From: Pristiophorus japonicus
Taxonomy: Eukaryota
NCBI RefSeq assembly: GCF_044704955.1
Contig: NC_091979.1
Coordinates: 79,112,001-79,176,000, forward strand
DNA: 64,000 nt
Direction: 5' to 3'
Position 1 is the first letter of the stretch. Every line of letters starts with the position of its first letter. Made by a program: the position numbers and the translations under genes. The notes under the pieces were generated by a model. It made no database searches, was not told where the DNA came from, and saw nothing but the letters and a program-made list of their open reading frames with translations. This document shows, piece by piece, positions 24,013 to 37,066 of the stretch.

Positions 24013-27000
24013 GGGCCCGAATTTGATCAAACCTAAGTTCTGCCCGTTTTTCGGCGGTCCCTGGGCGGTGTGTGATTTTTTACTGCCCGCTACCATTGGG
24101 GCCGATTGGCGCGATTCATCCTGGTTTTGTCGGTGGGAGCGGGAGCGGGAGCGGCAGGCAGCGGGAGGCATCGGTCGGTAGCAGGAGTCGGCGGTAGGTG
24201 CAGGCCTCTCAACTTGGGAAAGATCAGAGGCTGTGTACTGCACTTGCGTGAGATTTGAAATTTATTTTTAGTAGTTTTTTTGGTCTGATGACCTCACTTT
24301 TCCCGCGATTGGGGCTGAGGGGTCAGCTGTACATGCTCATAAAATCCTGTGAGTGACTTGCACCTGACAGCTACAGAGGGAAGTCATTGAGAGAGGGAAG
24401 AGAATCATCAGACACCCACCTTGAAAACCCATCATGAGTGGTAGAAAAGCTGCCAGGAAGTCGAATGCAGGGAGGCTCAGAGCTCCCTGGTTTACAGATG
24501 ATGAGCTGGAGCCACTTGTCTCTGAAGTAGAGCCCGTTACAGAGAGCTCACCAGGGATGGTCGTGGCAAGCCAGCCCTGTCCCAATATAAACACATTTGG
24601 CGGGAGATTAGGGAGGCCGTGTCCGCAGTGGGCATCATGGTTTGTGATGGAGACCAGTGCAGGAAGAGTTGGAACAATGTGGTAGCGGCAGCAAGAGCAA
24701 GCAAAGATCTTATTGTTGCATTCCCGTACTACTGAAAAAATATATGTAGCCGTTGTGTGTGTGTGTGTGTGTGTTGCATCTGCAAACCGGTTAAAGATTG
24801 CAACTTTTATTTCTGCCAAAGCAGTGTGGCACGGGAGGGGGCCCAACAGAGGTAAGATAATGGGACTAAAGGCAGATAAATCCCCTGGACCTGATGGCTT
24901 GCATTCTAGGGTCTTAAGAGAAGTCGCGGCAGGGATTTTGGATGCATTGGTTGTAATTTACCAAAATTCCCTGGATTCTGGGGAGATCCCAGCAGATTGG
25001 AAAATTGCAAATGTGATGCCCCTATTTAAAAAAAGATGCAGACAAAAAGCAGGAAACTATAGACCAGTTAGCCTAACATCTGGGATTGGGAAAATGTTGG
25101 AGTCCATTATTAAAGAAGCAGTAACAGGACATTTGGAAAAGCAAAATTCAGTTAGGCAAAGTCAGCATGGATTTATGAAGGGGAAGTCATGTTTGACAAA
25201 TTTGTTGGAATTCTTTGAGGATGTAACAAACAGGGTGGATAAGGGGAAACTAGTGGATGGGTGTATTTGGACTTCCAGAAGGCATTTGACAAGGTGCCAC
25301 ATAAAAGGTTACTGCACAAGATAAAAGTTCATGGGGTTGAGGTAATATATTAGCATGGATAGAGGATTGGCTAACAGAAAACAGAGAGTCAGGATAAATG
25401 GGTCATTTTCAGGTTGGCAACCAGGAACTAGTGGGGTGCCACAGGGATCAGTGCTGAGGCTCCAACTATTTACAATCTATATTAACGACTTGGAAGAAGG
25501 GACTGAGTGTAACGTAGCCAAGTTTCCTGACGATACAAAGATGGGAGGAAAAGCAATGTGTGAGGAGGACACAAAAAAATCTGCAAAAGGACATAGACAG
25601 GCTAAGTGAGTGGGCAAAAATTTGGCAGATGGAGTATAACGTTGGAAAGTGTGAGATCATGCACTTTGGCAGAAAAAAATCAAAAAGCATGTTATTATTT
25701 AAATGGAGAAAGATTGCAAAGTGCCGCAGTACAGTGGGACCTGGGGGTACTTGTACATGAAACAGAAAAGGATAGTATGCAGGTACAGCAAGTGATCAGG
25801 AAGGCCAATGGAATCTTGGTCTTTATTGCAAAGGGGATCGAATATAAAAGCAGGGAAGTCTTGCTACAGCTATACAGGGTATTGCTGAGGCCACACCTGG
25901 AATACTGCGTGCAGTTTTGGTTTCCATATTTACAAAAGGATATACTTGCTTTGGAGGCAGTTCAGAGAAGGTTCACTAGGTTGATTCCGAAGATGAGGGG
26001 GTTGACTTATGAGAAAAGGTTGAGTAGGTTGGGCCTCTACTCATTGGAATTCAGAAGAATGAGAGGTGATCTTATCGAAACGTATAAGATTATGAGGGGG
26101 CTTGACAAGGTGGATGCAGAGAGAATGTTTCCACTGATGGGGGAGACTAGAACTAGAGGGCATGATCTTAGAATAAGGGGCCACCCATTTAAAACTATGA
26201 GGAGAAATTTCTTCTCTCAGAGGGTTGTAAATCTGTGGAATTCGCTGCCTCGGAGAGCTGTAGAAGCTGGTACAATGAATAAATTTAAGGCAGAAATAGG
26301 CAGTTTATTAAACGATAAGGTAATAAAGGGTTATGGCGTGCGGGCAGGGAGGTGGAGCTGAGTCCATGATCAGATCAGCCATGATCTTATTGAATGGCAG
26401 GGCAGGCTCGAGGGGCTGTATGGCCCACTCCTGTTCCTATTTCTTATGTTCTTTTGTTCTTATGAAGTGACTGACATCAAGGAGCGAGCCTTGGCGTTGG
26501 TGGGTGACCACCCCTGTACCACCACATGTGATGGTGCCGATCCCGTGCTACAAAATGATAAGTTTATCCGAATCTCCGGTCTGTGTTACACACATGTCAT
26601 GCATGGTCATGTAATGTGATGTCAAATGCATTTTAATGTACTGTCTGTCGGCATTTAGGGTGTGGTGATGTAGCCATGATAGTCCCTGAAACCGGTACTC
26701 CTGTCAGCAGTAACAACCGCTCCCCCTCACCAAACCCCCACCCCCCCCCCTCCGCCCCCCCGCTGCTAAACGCAGAAATGTTGTATTGTACTTACAGATG
26801 ATGAATCGGAGAGCACCGACTTAGGCACCCCATCCGCCCCTGGCACACAAAGGCCGTGTGCAACGTCAACACCATCCACCGCGACCTCATCAGGAGCCCA
26901 CCCCAGCCACTCCTTCTGCCCCCCCACCATCCCCCACCCCCCCATTCAACATCCCCTATAGCCCCCGCATCCACCCCCGCAACCCACAGAGATGAAGACC

Positions 27001-27850
27001 AGGAGGAAGAGCAGGGGGAAGGCCCAGTGTTTGTCCCACTTGAGCTCGAGGAGGTGGAAGAGGAGGACTCCATCCTCTTGACATGTGCCACCTGTGCGCC
27101 CAACATCAGTATCGGGGTCTGAGTTTTTGGGCTTCGACTCGGAGGAAGTGGGACCAAGCATTGTGAAGTGCTGCACCCGTACCATTAAAGCCACCAAGCC
27201 ACATCCACCCAGGTTGATGCAGCAAGGAGATGATGATGCAAGACGGGTGGAAGCAATGCAGGAAATGGTTTAGCTGTCAAGGACGAGCATCGACCTAGGT
27301 CGAGACCTCCTCCAAGCCATGGCTGGGATAGCTGCCAACATCGTCTCGTTTGCAGAGCAGCATATCAACAGTATGTCGCTGCTGATCACCGCGGTGCAGC
27401 GAACTGTCGACTCTGTCAATGCCATGCGGCAATCGATGGTCTTGGGATATGGCATGGAACCCCCCCAATGCCATACCAGCCAGGTTGACAGAACCAGAGG
27501 GTCCGGAGATACCAGCGTCTTCCATCTCACCATCTCCATTCTCTCCCCGATGAACATGACAGCAGCGCTCTGGGTGGACTGCTGCACCACGTGCTGGTAC
27601 CGATGCGGTGAGGAGCAGGGGTATGGGTCGGCATGGGGATGGGCAACCCATCAAGAGGAGAATGGGGCTCACTTGGAGGGGGGGGGAAGAGAGATGTGGG
27701 AGTGGGTAGAGGATTGGGTGTTGGTGTTGGTGATGTTTGTATATATTGTTTATGTTGTTGATGTTGGTGTTTAAAATGTTTCCTTTTGATGCTAAATGTA
27801 CTGTTTTTGAAATACTGTCAAATATTTTGCTTGACATGTTTGATTGTTCT
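24013..27850 (+). mobile_element. Harbinger-derived element with Myb/SANT-like ORF, interrupted by CR1
   Basis: GGGCCCGAATTTG terminus-like start; RAPWFTDDELEPLVSEVE at 24434; later low-complexity and coiled-coil remnants at 26800-27600. Right end approximate. Confidence 0.6.
24850..26463 (+). mobile_element. CR1 LINE copy 3, 5'-truncated
   Basis: KSPGPDGLH through RT motifs to tail TTCTTATGTTCT. Confidence 0.93.
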
Positions 27851-28049
27851 GCCACTTTTGAATGTTGTACAATTCAATACAGATTTTTTTTTACCACTTT
27901 TGGTCAGTGTCTAACTTTTAGATCGTGAGGGGTATGTGCTGAGAAATATACAAATGTCCTTAAAATGTAATGCAATGTGATAAAAACTTCGCCTTGCAGT
28001 TATGATGTGACTTTTTAATAGGTCCTGATATTACCTCATTTCGCTAAGC

Positions 28050-28267
28050 CTCTCTCAGCATAACCAATTTGTCCTACCTATGTCGTTGGTACCTACGTGG
28101 ACTAGAGCAACTGGGTCTTCCCATTCCCACTCCAAGTTCCTCTCCAGCCCAGAGGAGATGTCCTTAATCTTGGCACCGGGCAGACAACACAACCTTCGGG
28201 ACTCAAGCTCTCAGCTGCAGAGAACATTATCGATCCCCCTAATGAAACTGTCCCCTACCACTACAAC
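28050..28267 (-). repeat. Inverted duplicate of CR1 ORF1 segment 28570-28787
   Basis: 218-bp reverse complement, roughly 93% identical by eye. Confidence 0.88.
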
Positions 28268-29063
28268 TTTTAGGTAAGGGTCACCAATCCAGGACAGGTG
28301 GATTTCAATGACAGATAGTTCCAGAACTTGGAGGCCAGACATTATGGTTGGCATTTAAGTGTACAGTTTTTGAGCTGACAGATCGCCGAACCCCACCCCT
28401 AACATTACATGTTATTCAATCAATGGAATATATATTTGCAACTTCTATATTTGAGCAAATGTTCTTGTCAAGATCTCATCCTGGCACTTCAGAGAAACTT
28501 ACAGGATTTTACTATTGGCTATATACTTTCACATGAGCTCATAACGGGCCCAAACGGGTAAAAAGAAATGTTGTAGTGGTAGGGGACAGTATCATTAGGG
28601 GGATAGATAATGTTCTCTGCAGCCGAGAGCTCGAGTCCCGAAGGTTGTGTTGCCTGCCCGGTGCCAGGATTAAGGACATTTCCTCTGGGCTGAAGAGGAA
28701 CTTGGAGTGGGAATGGGAAGACCCAGTTGTCATGGTCCACGTAGGTACCAACAACATAGGTAGGACAAAGTGGTTATGCTGTGAGAGTATGAGCAGCTTG
28801 GGGCTAGATTAAAAAGCAGAACCATAAAGGTAATAATCTCTGGATTACTACCCGAACCACGAGCAAATTTGCATAGGGTAAATAAGATCAGAGAGACGAA
28901 CATGTGGCTCAAAGACTGATGTGGGAAAAATGGATTTCGATTCATGGGCACTGGCACCAGTACTTTGGGACGGGCTTCACTTGAACCATGTTGGGACCAG
29001 TGTCCTGGTGAAACGAATAAATCGGGCTGTAGAGAGGGCTTTAAACTAAATAGTGGCGGGGAG

Positions 29064-30605
29064 ATAAAAACAGAAAATGCTGGAAATCCCAGCGGGTCAA
29101 GCAGCATCTGTGGAGAGAAAGCAGAGTTAACATTTCGGGTCGATGACCCTTTGTCAGAACTGGAGAGTGTTCGGAAAGAACAGATTATTAACAAGCACTG
29201 AAAGAAGAAGGGGAAGAAGGAACAAAAGGGAAGGTCTGTGATAGGTTGGAAGACAGGAGAGATTAGAGAGACAAAAGGGATGATGGCCCAAATTCAAATG
29301 GTAATGACAGGAGATAGAAAAACATTAGTCAAGATAGGATGTGAATGGCGGGATAATGACCAACTGCCATTAGAGACAAGGAGAAGAAAATAAATAAATA
29401 AATAGGCTCTCGGGGGGTGTTGGGGGGAGGGGTGCGTGGGGGGGGTGGGGGAATGGAGCCAAAGATTGGCAGCGATTACGCTCTGAAATTATTGAACTCG
29501 ATGTTGAGTCCAGAAGGCTGTAAAGTGCCTAAACGAAAGATGAGGTGCTGTTCCTCGAGCTTGCGTTGAGTTTCGTTGGAACAGTGTAGGAGACCGAGGA
29601 TGGAGAGGTCAGAGATTGGAGTGGAGAATTAAAGTGACCGGAAACTCAGGGTCACACTTGCGGACTGAACGGAGGTGCTCCGCAAAGCGGTCACTCAATC
29701 TACGCTTGGTCTCCTCAATGTAGAGGAGACCACATCGTGTCTACAGTATACTAAATTGAAAGTACAAGTAAATCGCTGTTTCGCCTGGAAGGAGTATTTG
29801 AGGCCCTGGATAGTGGGAAGGGAGGAGGTAAAAGGGCAGGTGTTGCATCTCCTGCACTTGCACGGAAAGGTGCCATGGGAAGTGGAGGGCCTGCTGGGGG
29901 TGACTGTGGAATGGACCAGGGTGTCGCGGAGGGGGCGGTCCTTTCGGAATGCTGAGATGGGATGGGAGGGGAAGATGTGATTGGTGGTGGGATCATGCTA
30001 GAGGTGGCAGAAATGGCGGAGGATAATCCGTTGAACGTGGAGGCTGCTGGGGTGAAAGGTGAAGACAAGGGGAACCCTGCCATGGTTCTGACAGGGTAGG
30101 GGAAGGGCTGAGAGCAGAGGTGCGGGAAATAGAACAGACACGGTCGACGGCCATGTTAACCACGGCAGAGAGGAATCCTCTGTTGAGGAAAAAGGAAGAC
30201 AGGTCAGAGGCATTAGTGTGAAAGGTGGCATCATCAGACTAGATGCGATGGAGACGGAGAAACTCGGATAATGGAATGGAGTCCTTACAGGATGCACCCA
30301 ATCTTGACTAATGTTTTTCTAACTCCTGGCATTACCATTTGAATTTGGGCCATAATCCATTTTGTCTCTCTAATCTCTCCTCTCTTCCACCTTATCCAGA
30401 CCTTCCCTTTTGTTCTTTCTCCGCCTCCCCCTTTCAGTGCTTGTTAAGAATTTGTTCTTTCCGAACACTCTCCAGTTCTGACGAAGGGTCATCGACCCAA
30501 AACGTTAACTCTGCTTTCTCTCCACAGGTGCTGCCTGACCCGCTGAAATTTCCAGCATTTTCTATTTTTATTCCAGATTCCAGCATCTGCAGTACTTTGC
30601 TTTTG
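29064..30605 (-). mobile_element. Penelope-like element with GIY-YIG endonuclease and inverted pLTRs
   Basis: Minus strand gives LVYC..RCGLLYIEETKRRLSDRFAEHLRSV; 29064-29341 and 30295-30571 are inverted copies. Confidence 0.9.
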
Positions 30606-31224
30606 TTGTGGGGCGGAGGGAGGGTGGGGGGGTGAAGAGTTCAGGTAAGGAGAAATTTTAAAAGTCAAAGAGCAAGGAGAAAGCAATAGAGCAGTGTTGC
30701 GGTGGGAGAAATGATAACCAGAGTGTGAGAGGAAGGGACAGAATGTATAAAATTAGAAGTGTATCAGAAAGTGGGATCAAAGCAGGGAAAAATCATAAAA
30801 AGGCAAAATTAAAAGCTGAATGCACGCAGCATTTGTAACAAGATAGATGAGTTGACAGCACAAATAGATACAAATGGGTATGATCTGATAGCCATTACAG
30901 ACACGTGGTTGCAAGGTGACCAAGGCTGGGAACTGAACATTCAGGGGTATTTGACAATTCGGAGGGATAGACAGAAAGGAAAAGGAGGTGGGGTAGCTCT
31001 GTTAATAGAGGATGAGATCAGTGCAGTAGTGAGAAATGATATTGGCTCAGAAGATCAAGATGTAGAATCAGTATGGGTGGAGATAAGAAATAATATGGGG
31101 AAGAAGTCACTGGTGGGAGTGGTCAATAGGCCCCCTAACAGTTGCTACACTGTGGGATGGAGAATAAATCAAGAAATAATGGAGGCTTGTAAGAATAATC
31201 ATGGGCTATTTTAATCTTCATATT

Positions 31225-31587
31225 ACATAGAAACATAGAAAATTGGTGCAGGAGTAGGCCATTCGGCCCTTCGAGCCTGCACCGCCATTCAATGAGTTCA
31301 TGGCTGAACATGCAACCTCAGTACCCCATTCCTGCTTTCTCGCCATACCCCTTGATCCCCCTAGTAGTAAGGACTACATCTAACTCCTTTTTGAATATAA
31401 TTAGTGAATTGGCCTCAACAATTTTCTGTGGTAGAGAATTCCATAGGTTCACCACTCTCTGGGTGAAGAAGTTTCTCCTCATCTCGGTCCTAAATGGCTT
31501 ACCCCTTATCCTTAGACTGTGACCCCTGGTTCTGGACTTCCCCAACATTGGGAACATTCTTCCTGCATCTAACCTGTCTAAACCCGT
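31225..31587 (-). mobile_element. Young CR1 3' fragment nested antisense in CR1 copy 4
   Basis: Tail seen as ACATAGAAACATAGAAA on the plus strand; TATT flanking duplication. Confidence 0.92.
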
Positions 31588-32975
31588 TATTGATTGGGAC
31601 AAGCCAAATTGGCCAAGGTAGCCTTGAGGAAGAATTCATAGAGTGTATCTGGGATGGTTTCCTTGAACAGTACATTGCAAACCAATCAGGAAGCAGGCTA
31701 TCCTGGATCTGATACTGTGTAAATGATCTCGTAGTAAAGGATCCTCTAGGAAAGAGTGATCATAGTATAGTTAAATTTCAAATTCAGTTGGCGGGTGAGA
31801 AAGTTGGATCTCAAACCAGTGTCCTGATCTTAAATAAAGGCGATTACAAAGGTGTGAAGGCAGAGTTGGCTAAAGTGGACTGGGAAAATAGATTAAAATG
31901 TAAGACGGTTGATAAGCATTGGCAGACATTTAAGGAGATATTGCATAACTCTCAACAAAAATATATTCCAATGAGAATGACAGACTTTAAGAAAGGGAGA
32001 ACTATCCGTGGTTAACCAAGGAAGTAAAGGATGGTATCAAATTAAAAACAAAAGCATACAAAGTGGTCAAGATTAGTGGGAGGCCAGAGGATTGTGAAAT
32101 TTTTAAAAAGCAACAAAGGACGACTAAAATAATAATAAAGAGAAGGAAGATAGAGTATGAGAGTAAACTAGCAAGAAATATAAAAACAGATAAGTAAGAG
32201 CTTGTACATGTATATAAAAAGGAATAGAGTAGCTAAAGTAAACATTGGTCCCTCAGAAGATGAAACTGGGGAATTAATAATGGAGAACAGGGAAATGGCA
32301 GAGACATTGAACAAATATTTTGTATCGGTCTTCACGGTAGAAGACACTAAAAATATCAAAATAATGGATAATCAAGGGGCTATAGGGAGGGAGGAACTTA
32401 AAACAATCACTATCACTGGCAGATGGAGCATAATATGGGCAAGTATGAGGTTATCCACTTTAGCAGAAAAAATAAAAAAGCAAATTATTATTTAAATGGA
32501 GAGAAATTACAAAATGTTGCAGTTCAGAGGGGCCTGGGTGTCCTTGTGGATGAAACACAAAAAGTTAGTATGCAGGTACAGCAAGTAATCAGGAAGGCAA
32601 ATGGAATCTTGGCCTTTATTGCAAGGAGGGTGGAGTATAAAAGCAGAGAAGTCCTGCTGCAACTGTACAGGGTACTGGTGAGGCCACACCTGGAGTACTG
32701 CGTACAGTTTTGATCTCCGTATTTAAGGAAGGATATACTTGCATTGGAGGCTGTTCAGAGAAGGTTCATTAGGTTGATTTCAGAGATGAGGGGGTTGACT
32801 TATGAGGATAGGTTGAGTAGGTTGGGCCTATACACATTGGAGTTTAGAAGAACAAGAGGTGATCTTACTGAAACGTATAAAATTCTGAGGGAGCTCATCA
32901 AGGTAGTTGCAGAGAGGATGTTTCCCCTCGTGAGGAAATCTAGAACTAGGGGGCATAGTTTCAGCATAAAGGGTC

Positions 32976-34078
32976 ATAGAAACATCGAAAATAGGTGCAG
33001 GAGTAGGCCATTCGGCCCTTCGAGCCTGCACCGCCATTCAATTAGTTCATGGCTGAACATGCAACTTTAGTACCCCATTCCTGCTTTCTCGCCATACCCA
33101 TTGATCCCCCTAGTAGTAAGGACTACATCTAACTCCTTTTTGAATATATTTAGTGAATTGGCCTCAACAACTTTCTGTGGTAGAGAATTCCATAGGTTCA
33201 CCACTCTCTGGGTGAAGAAGTTTCTCCTCATCTCGGTCCTAAATGGCTTACCCCTTACCCTTAGACTGTGACCCCTGGTTCTGGACATCCCCAACATTGG
33301 GAACATTCTTCCTGCATCTAACCTGTCTAAACCCGTTAGAATTTTAAACGTTTCTATGAGATCCTCTCTCATTCTTCTGAACTCCAGTGAATACAAGCCC
33401 AGTTGATCCAGTCTTTCTTGATATGTCAGTCCCGCCATCCCGGGAATCAGTCTGGTGAACCTTCGCTGCACTCCCTCAATAGCAAGAATGTCCTTCCTCA
33501 AGTTAGGAGACCAAAACTGTACACAATACTCCAGGTGTGGCCTCACTAAGGCCCTGTACAACTAGAGCAACACCTCCCTGCCCCTGTACTCAAATCCCCT
33601 CGCTATGAAGGTCAACATGCCATTTGCTTTCTTAACCGCCTGCTGTACCTGCATGCCAACCTTCAATGACTGATGTACCATGACACCCAGGTCTCGTTGC
33701 ACCTCCCCTTTTCCTAATCTGTCACCATTCAGATAATAGTCTCTCTCTCTGTTTTTACCACCAAAGTGGATAACCTCACATTTATCCACATTATACTTCA
33801 TCTGCCATGCATTTGCCCACTCACCTAACCTATCCAAGTCACTCTGCAGCCTCATAGCATCCTCCTCGTAGTTCACACTGCCACCCAACTTAGTGTCATC
33901 CGCAAATTTGGAGATACTACATTTAATCCCCTCATCTAAATCATTAATGTACAATGTAAACAGCTGGGGCCCCAGCACAGAACCTTGCGGTACCCCACTA
34001 GTCACCGCCTGCCATTCTGAAAAGTACCCATTTACTCCTACTTTTTGCTTCCTGTCTGACAACCAGTTCTCAATCCAT
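32976..34078 (-). mobile_element. Young CR1 3' fragment (RT to tail) nested antisense in CR1 copy 4
   Basis: ORFs 33562-34062 and 33067-33561 are in frame with a single stop; GTC flanking duplication. Confidence 0.93.
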
Positions 34079-34639
34079 GTCGCCCATTTAGAACTGAGAT
34101 GAGGAGGAATTTCTTCTCTCAGAGGGTTGTAAATCTGTGGAATTCTCTGCCCCAGAAAGTTGTGGAGGCTGGGTCATTGAATATATTTAAGGTGGAGATA
34201 AGACAGATTCTTGAGCGATAAGGGAGTGAGACGGGTTATGGGGAGCGGGCAGGTAAGTGGAGCTGAGCCCAAGCTCAGATCAGCCATGATCTTATTAAAT
34301 GGTGGAGCAGTCTCTAGGGGCCAAATGGCCTACTCCTGCTCCTATTTCTTATGTTCTTATGTACTCCACACAAGACTCAGGGCAACAGGAATAGAAGTGG
34401 ACTAAAGAGTTAGCAGAAACATTTTGAAAATCAATAAATCAAAGATAACCTATACAGATTAACATCAAACTCTGTTAATTAAAGGATTAATTCAAAATTG
34501 TTGCAATATAATTATGAAACGGGGAGCAGAAACAAATTTAAAATGTGAAATTTCATTACAGCTGATGCAAATCCAGTTTCCTGCTGGGGCTACTGATAAA
34601 TAATTTACGTTGAGATGTCACAACATTTAACACAAATCT

Positions 34640-35303
34640 TTGAACAAGTTGAGAAAGCTGCTTTAAAAGCATATGGGATCCTTGGCTTTATTAACAGAGG
34701 AATAGAGTAGAAAAGCAAGGAAGTTATGCTAAACCTTCATAAAACACTGGCTAGGCCTCAGCTGGAGTATGGTGTTCCATTCTGGCACCACACTTTAGGA
34801 AGGATGTCAAAGTCTTAGATAGATACAGAAGAGATTTACCAGTATGGTACCAGGGATGAGGGACTTCAGTTATGTGGAGAGACTGGAGAAACTGGGGTTG
34901 TTCTCCTTAGAGCAGAGAAGGTCAAGAGGCGATTTGATAGCAGTATTCAAAATCATGAATAGTTTTGATAGAGTAAATAAGGAGAAACTATTTCTAGTGG
35001 AAGGATCAGTAACCAGAGGACAAATATTTAACGTAATTGGCAAAAGAACCAGAGGTGACATGAGGCAACTTTTTTTTGTACACACAGCGCGCTGTTGTGA
35101 TATGGAATGCACTGTCTGAAAGAATGGTGGAAGCAGATGCTATGGCAACATTAAAAAGAGAATTGGACAAATACTTGAAGGGAAAAAAATACAGGGCTAT
35201 GGGGAAAGAGCAGGGGAGTGGGATTAACTGGATAACTCTACCAAAGAGCCGGCACAGGCATGATGGGACGAATGACTTCCTTCTGTGCTGTATCATTCTA
35301 TGA
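34640..35303 (+). mobile_element. CR1 3' fragment, ATTCTATG-tailed family
   Basis: MVPGMRDFSYVERLEKLGLFSLEQRR; same family as 61790-63398. Confidence 0.88.
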
Positions 35304-35454
35304 TTTTGCCAGAAAGCAATGTACAATTAGTTCATAAGAAACTAATGCAAGCTAAGAAATTGGAGTTCTGGTGGTGAAATAATTAAATGTATTAAACTAA
35401 GTTGCAGAACAAATCTGTTAACTTTGTACTAAATCAAGGACCGAGTTTACTCAC

Positions 35455-36018
35455 CGACTCTTTCAATTTTAAATTCATCCCTTTGATTAGTCAATGCTAT
35501 TAATCTTTGTAAATATATTGTCTGCTTCGTATCATTCATATCAATGCTCACAAACACTTTCTTGTCCAGGAAGGCCTTTTCTAAAATGAAGTTGTCAGGG
35601 GCAACATATTCATTTATCTGCTCCTCTTTTGTATAGACCCACTGTACGAGGGACTGTAGAAGTTCACATTCTATCACCCGTGCCATTTCTTCCTGCAGTT
35701 CACAAAGTAAATGTTCTATATGAAGTGCTACATCCAACATCTCAAAGTGAGGTCCACTTAGTTCAATGAAGGTCCCCATAATATTCACTGTTTCTTCCAT
35801 GGATATCTGTTTCATTTCGCGATGGGCTGCTAAGACTTCATGTTCAGCTGTTGTAAAGTAGCTGATGTTTTTATTTTCTATGATGAGGTGCTCTTGAGGT
35901 AGTAGTATGGTATTATTGATCCAAAACTGAGCACGTTCCAGAAAGGGATAATCTTTACCACAAAGCTTAATGAGTAGTTCAGTTCCTTGCTCCCGTTCAC
36001 GTTTTAAACATGTTGAAT
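35455..36018 (-). CDS. Host gene coding exon (564 nt, phase 1-1), unidentified gene
   Basis: 187-codon open frame in non-repeat DNA; acceptor TTCTGTTGTTTATACAG, donor G|GTGAGT. Confidence 0.85.
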
Positions 36019-36263
36019 CTGTATAAACAACAGAAGACAGCATAAAAAAGCACTATCTTTTTTGTCGAGTTGTAATTGCAGAGCACCTCGATTTTGAGGC
36101 TTTCTATTTTATATATTATTTGTGTATGCATAACATACAATATATTATCTTTAGTTGAATAGACTTTCAAAATACATATAATATAAATGGAAGGGGAAAT
36201 AATTGCTAACTCTTCTGCTAAACTATTCCTGGGCTGGTCAGCAGTTTATTACTCAATGGTCTA

Positions 36264-36744
36264 TGAAGAGGTAAATTACAAATCTTTAAAATAATAAAAC
36301 ATTGTGCCATTTTGAAACTGAGCTAATATATTTTAAAATTGAACCTACAGACTGGGAAACATTCCACGAGAAACAAAACTTTCCAGTTCGCAGACCAAAG
36401 ACCTTGGGAGGCAAAAGTACAGACATATAACATAGAAACTGAACTGAATAACAAGATAAGGGTAGAATAGATGACAGTAATTGTATCTGGAATTACCATT
36501 TAAGGCATGTGGAAGCCAGACTGGAGGAAGCGCTGTACCAATCAATCATGTATTAATCAATCATGTATTAATTGTAACTTATGTAATTATGTAATGACTT
36601 AATCTGAAATTGTATAGAGGACAACGTCGCCAGCCATTTCGCTGAGCGTTCCTTACGGAATAGCTCCCCTGCTAGCTTGTAATAAAACTGCATTTTCTTT
36701 AAGGCTAATAAACTTCGAGTGGTGGTTTGAAGTTAACCCTTACA
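36264..36744 (+). repeat. ERV 5' LTR (481 bp)
   Basis: TGAAGAGG...CCCTTACA; AATAAA; roughly 95% identical to the 3' LTR by eye. Confidence 0.95.
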
Positions 36745-36746
36745 AA

Positions 36747-36765
36747 TGGGCGTTGCGAGCAGGGT
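36747..36765 (+). promoter_or_regulatory. ERV primer binding site, tRNA-Ser(UGA/CGA)-like
   Basis: TGGGCGTTGCGAGCAGGGT versus the tRNA-Ser(UGA) complement TGGCGCAGCGAGCAGGGT. Confidence 0.7.
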
Positions 36766-37066
36766 CTCAACTCAAAACCCGAACCAACTTAAAACCGAGT
36801 CAGTAGAGAATTACCTTGAGAAATTCTCCTCCCAAGAGGCCCGGCCAGAGATCCAACGAATCTGAAGCAGAGTCCGTGTAGCCGGTAAATCTAGTTGAGG
36901 GGCACGTCAGGGCACTGTAAGTAAATACGTGTGTCGGGAGAATAACTAATGTTCCAAGATATCGGGGTATCCCCGGTGAGGGCGGACTAGCTATCCAGCC
37001 AGAAACGAGGTTCCGCATAAGTAAAGGCGGAAAAAGGTTCCACGTAAGTAAGGGCTTAAACGTTAT

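Larger units (their letters stand above)
28553..34361 (+). mobile_element. CR1 LINE copy 4 (ORF1, ORF2 with RT core deleted near 32417) hosting three nested insertions
   Basis: VVGDSIIRG esterase; EN at 30810-31220; host sequence resumes at 30606, 31588 and 34079; tail near 34345-34361. Confidence 0.92.
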
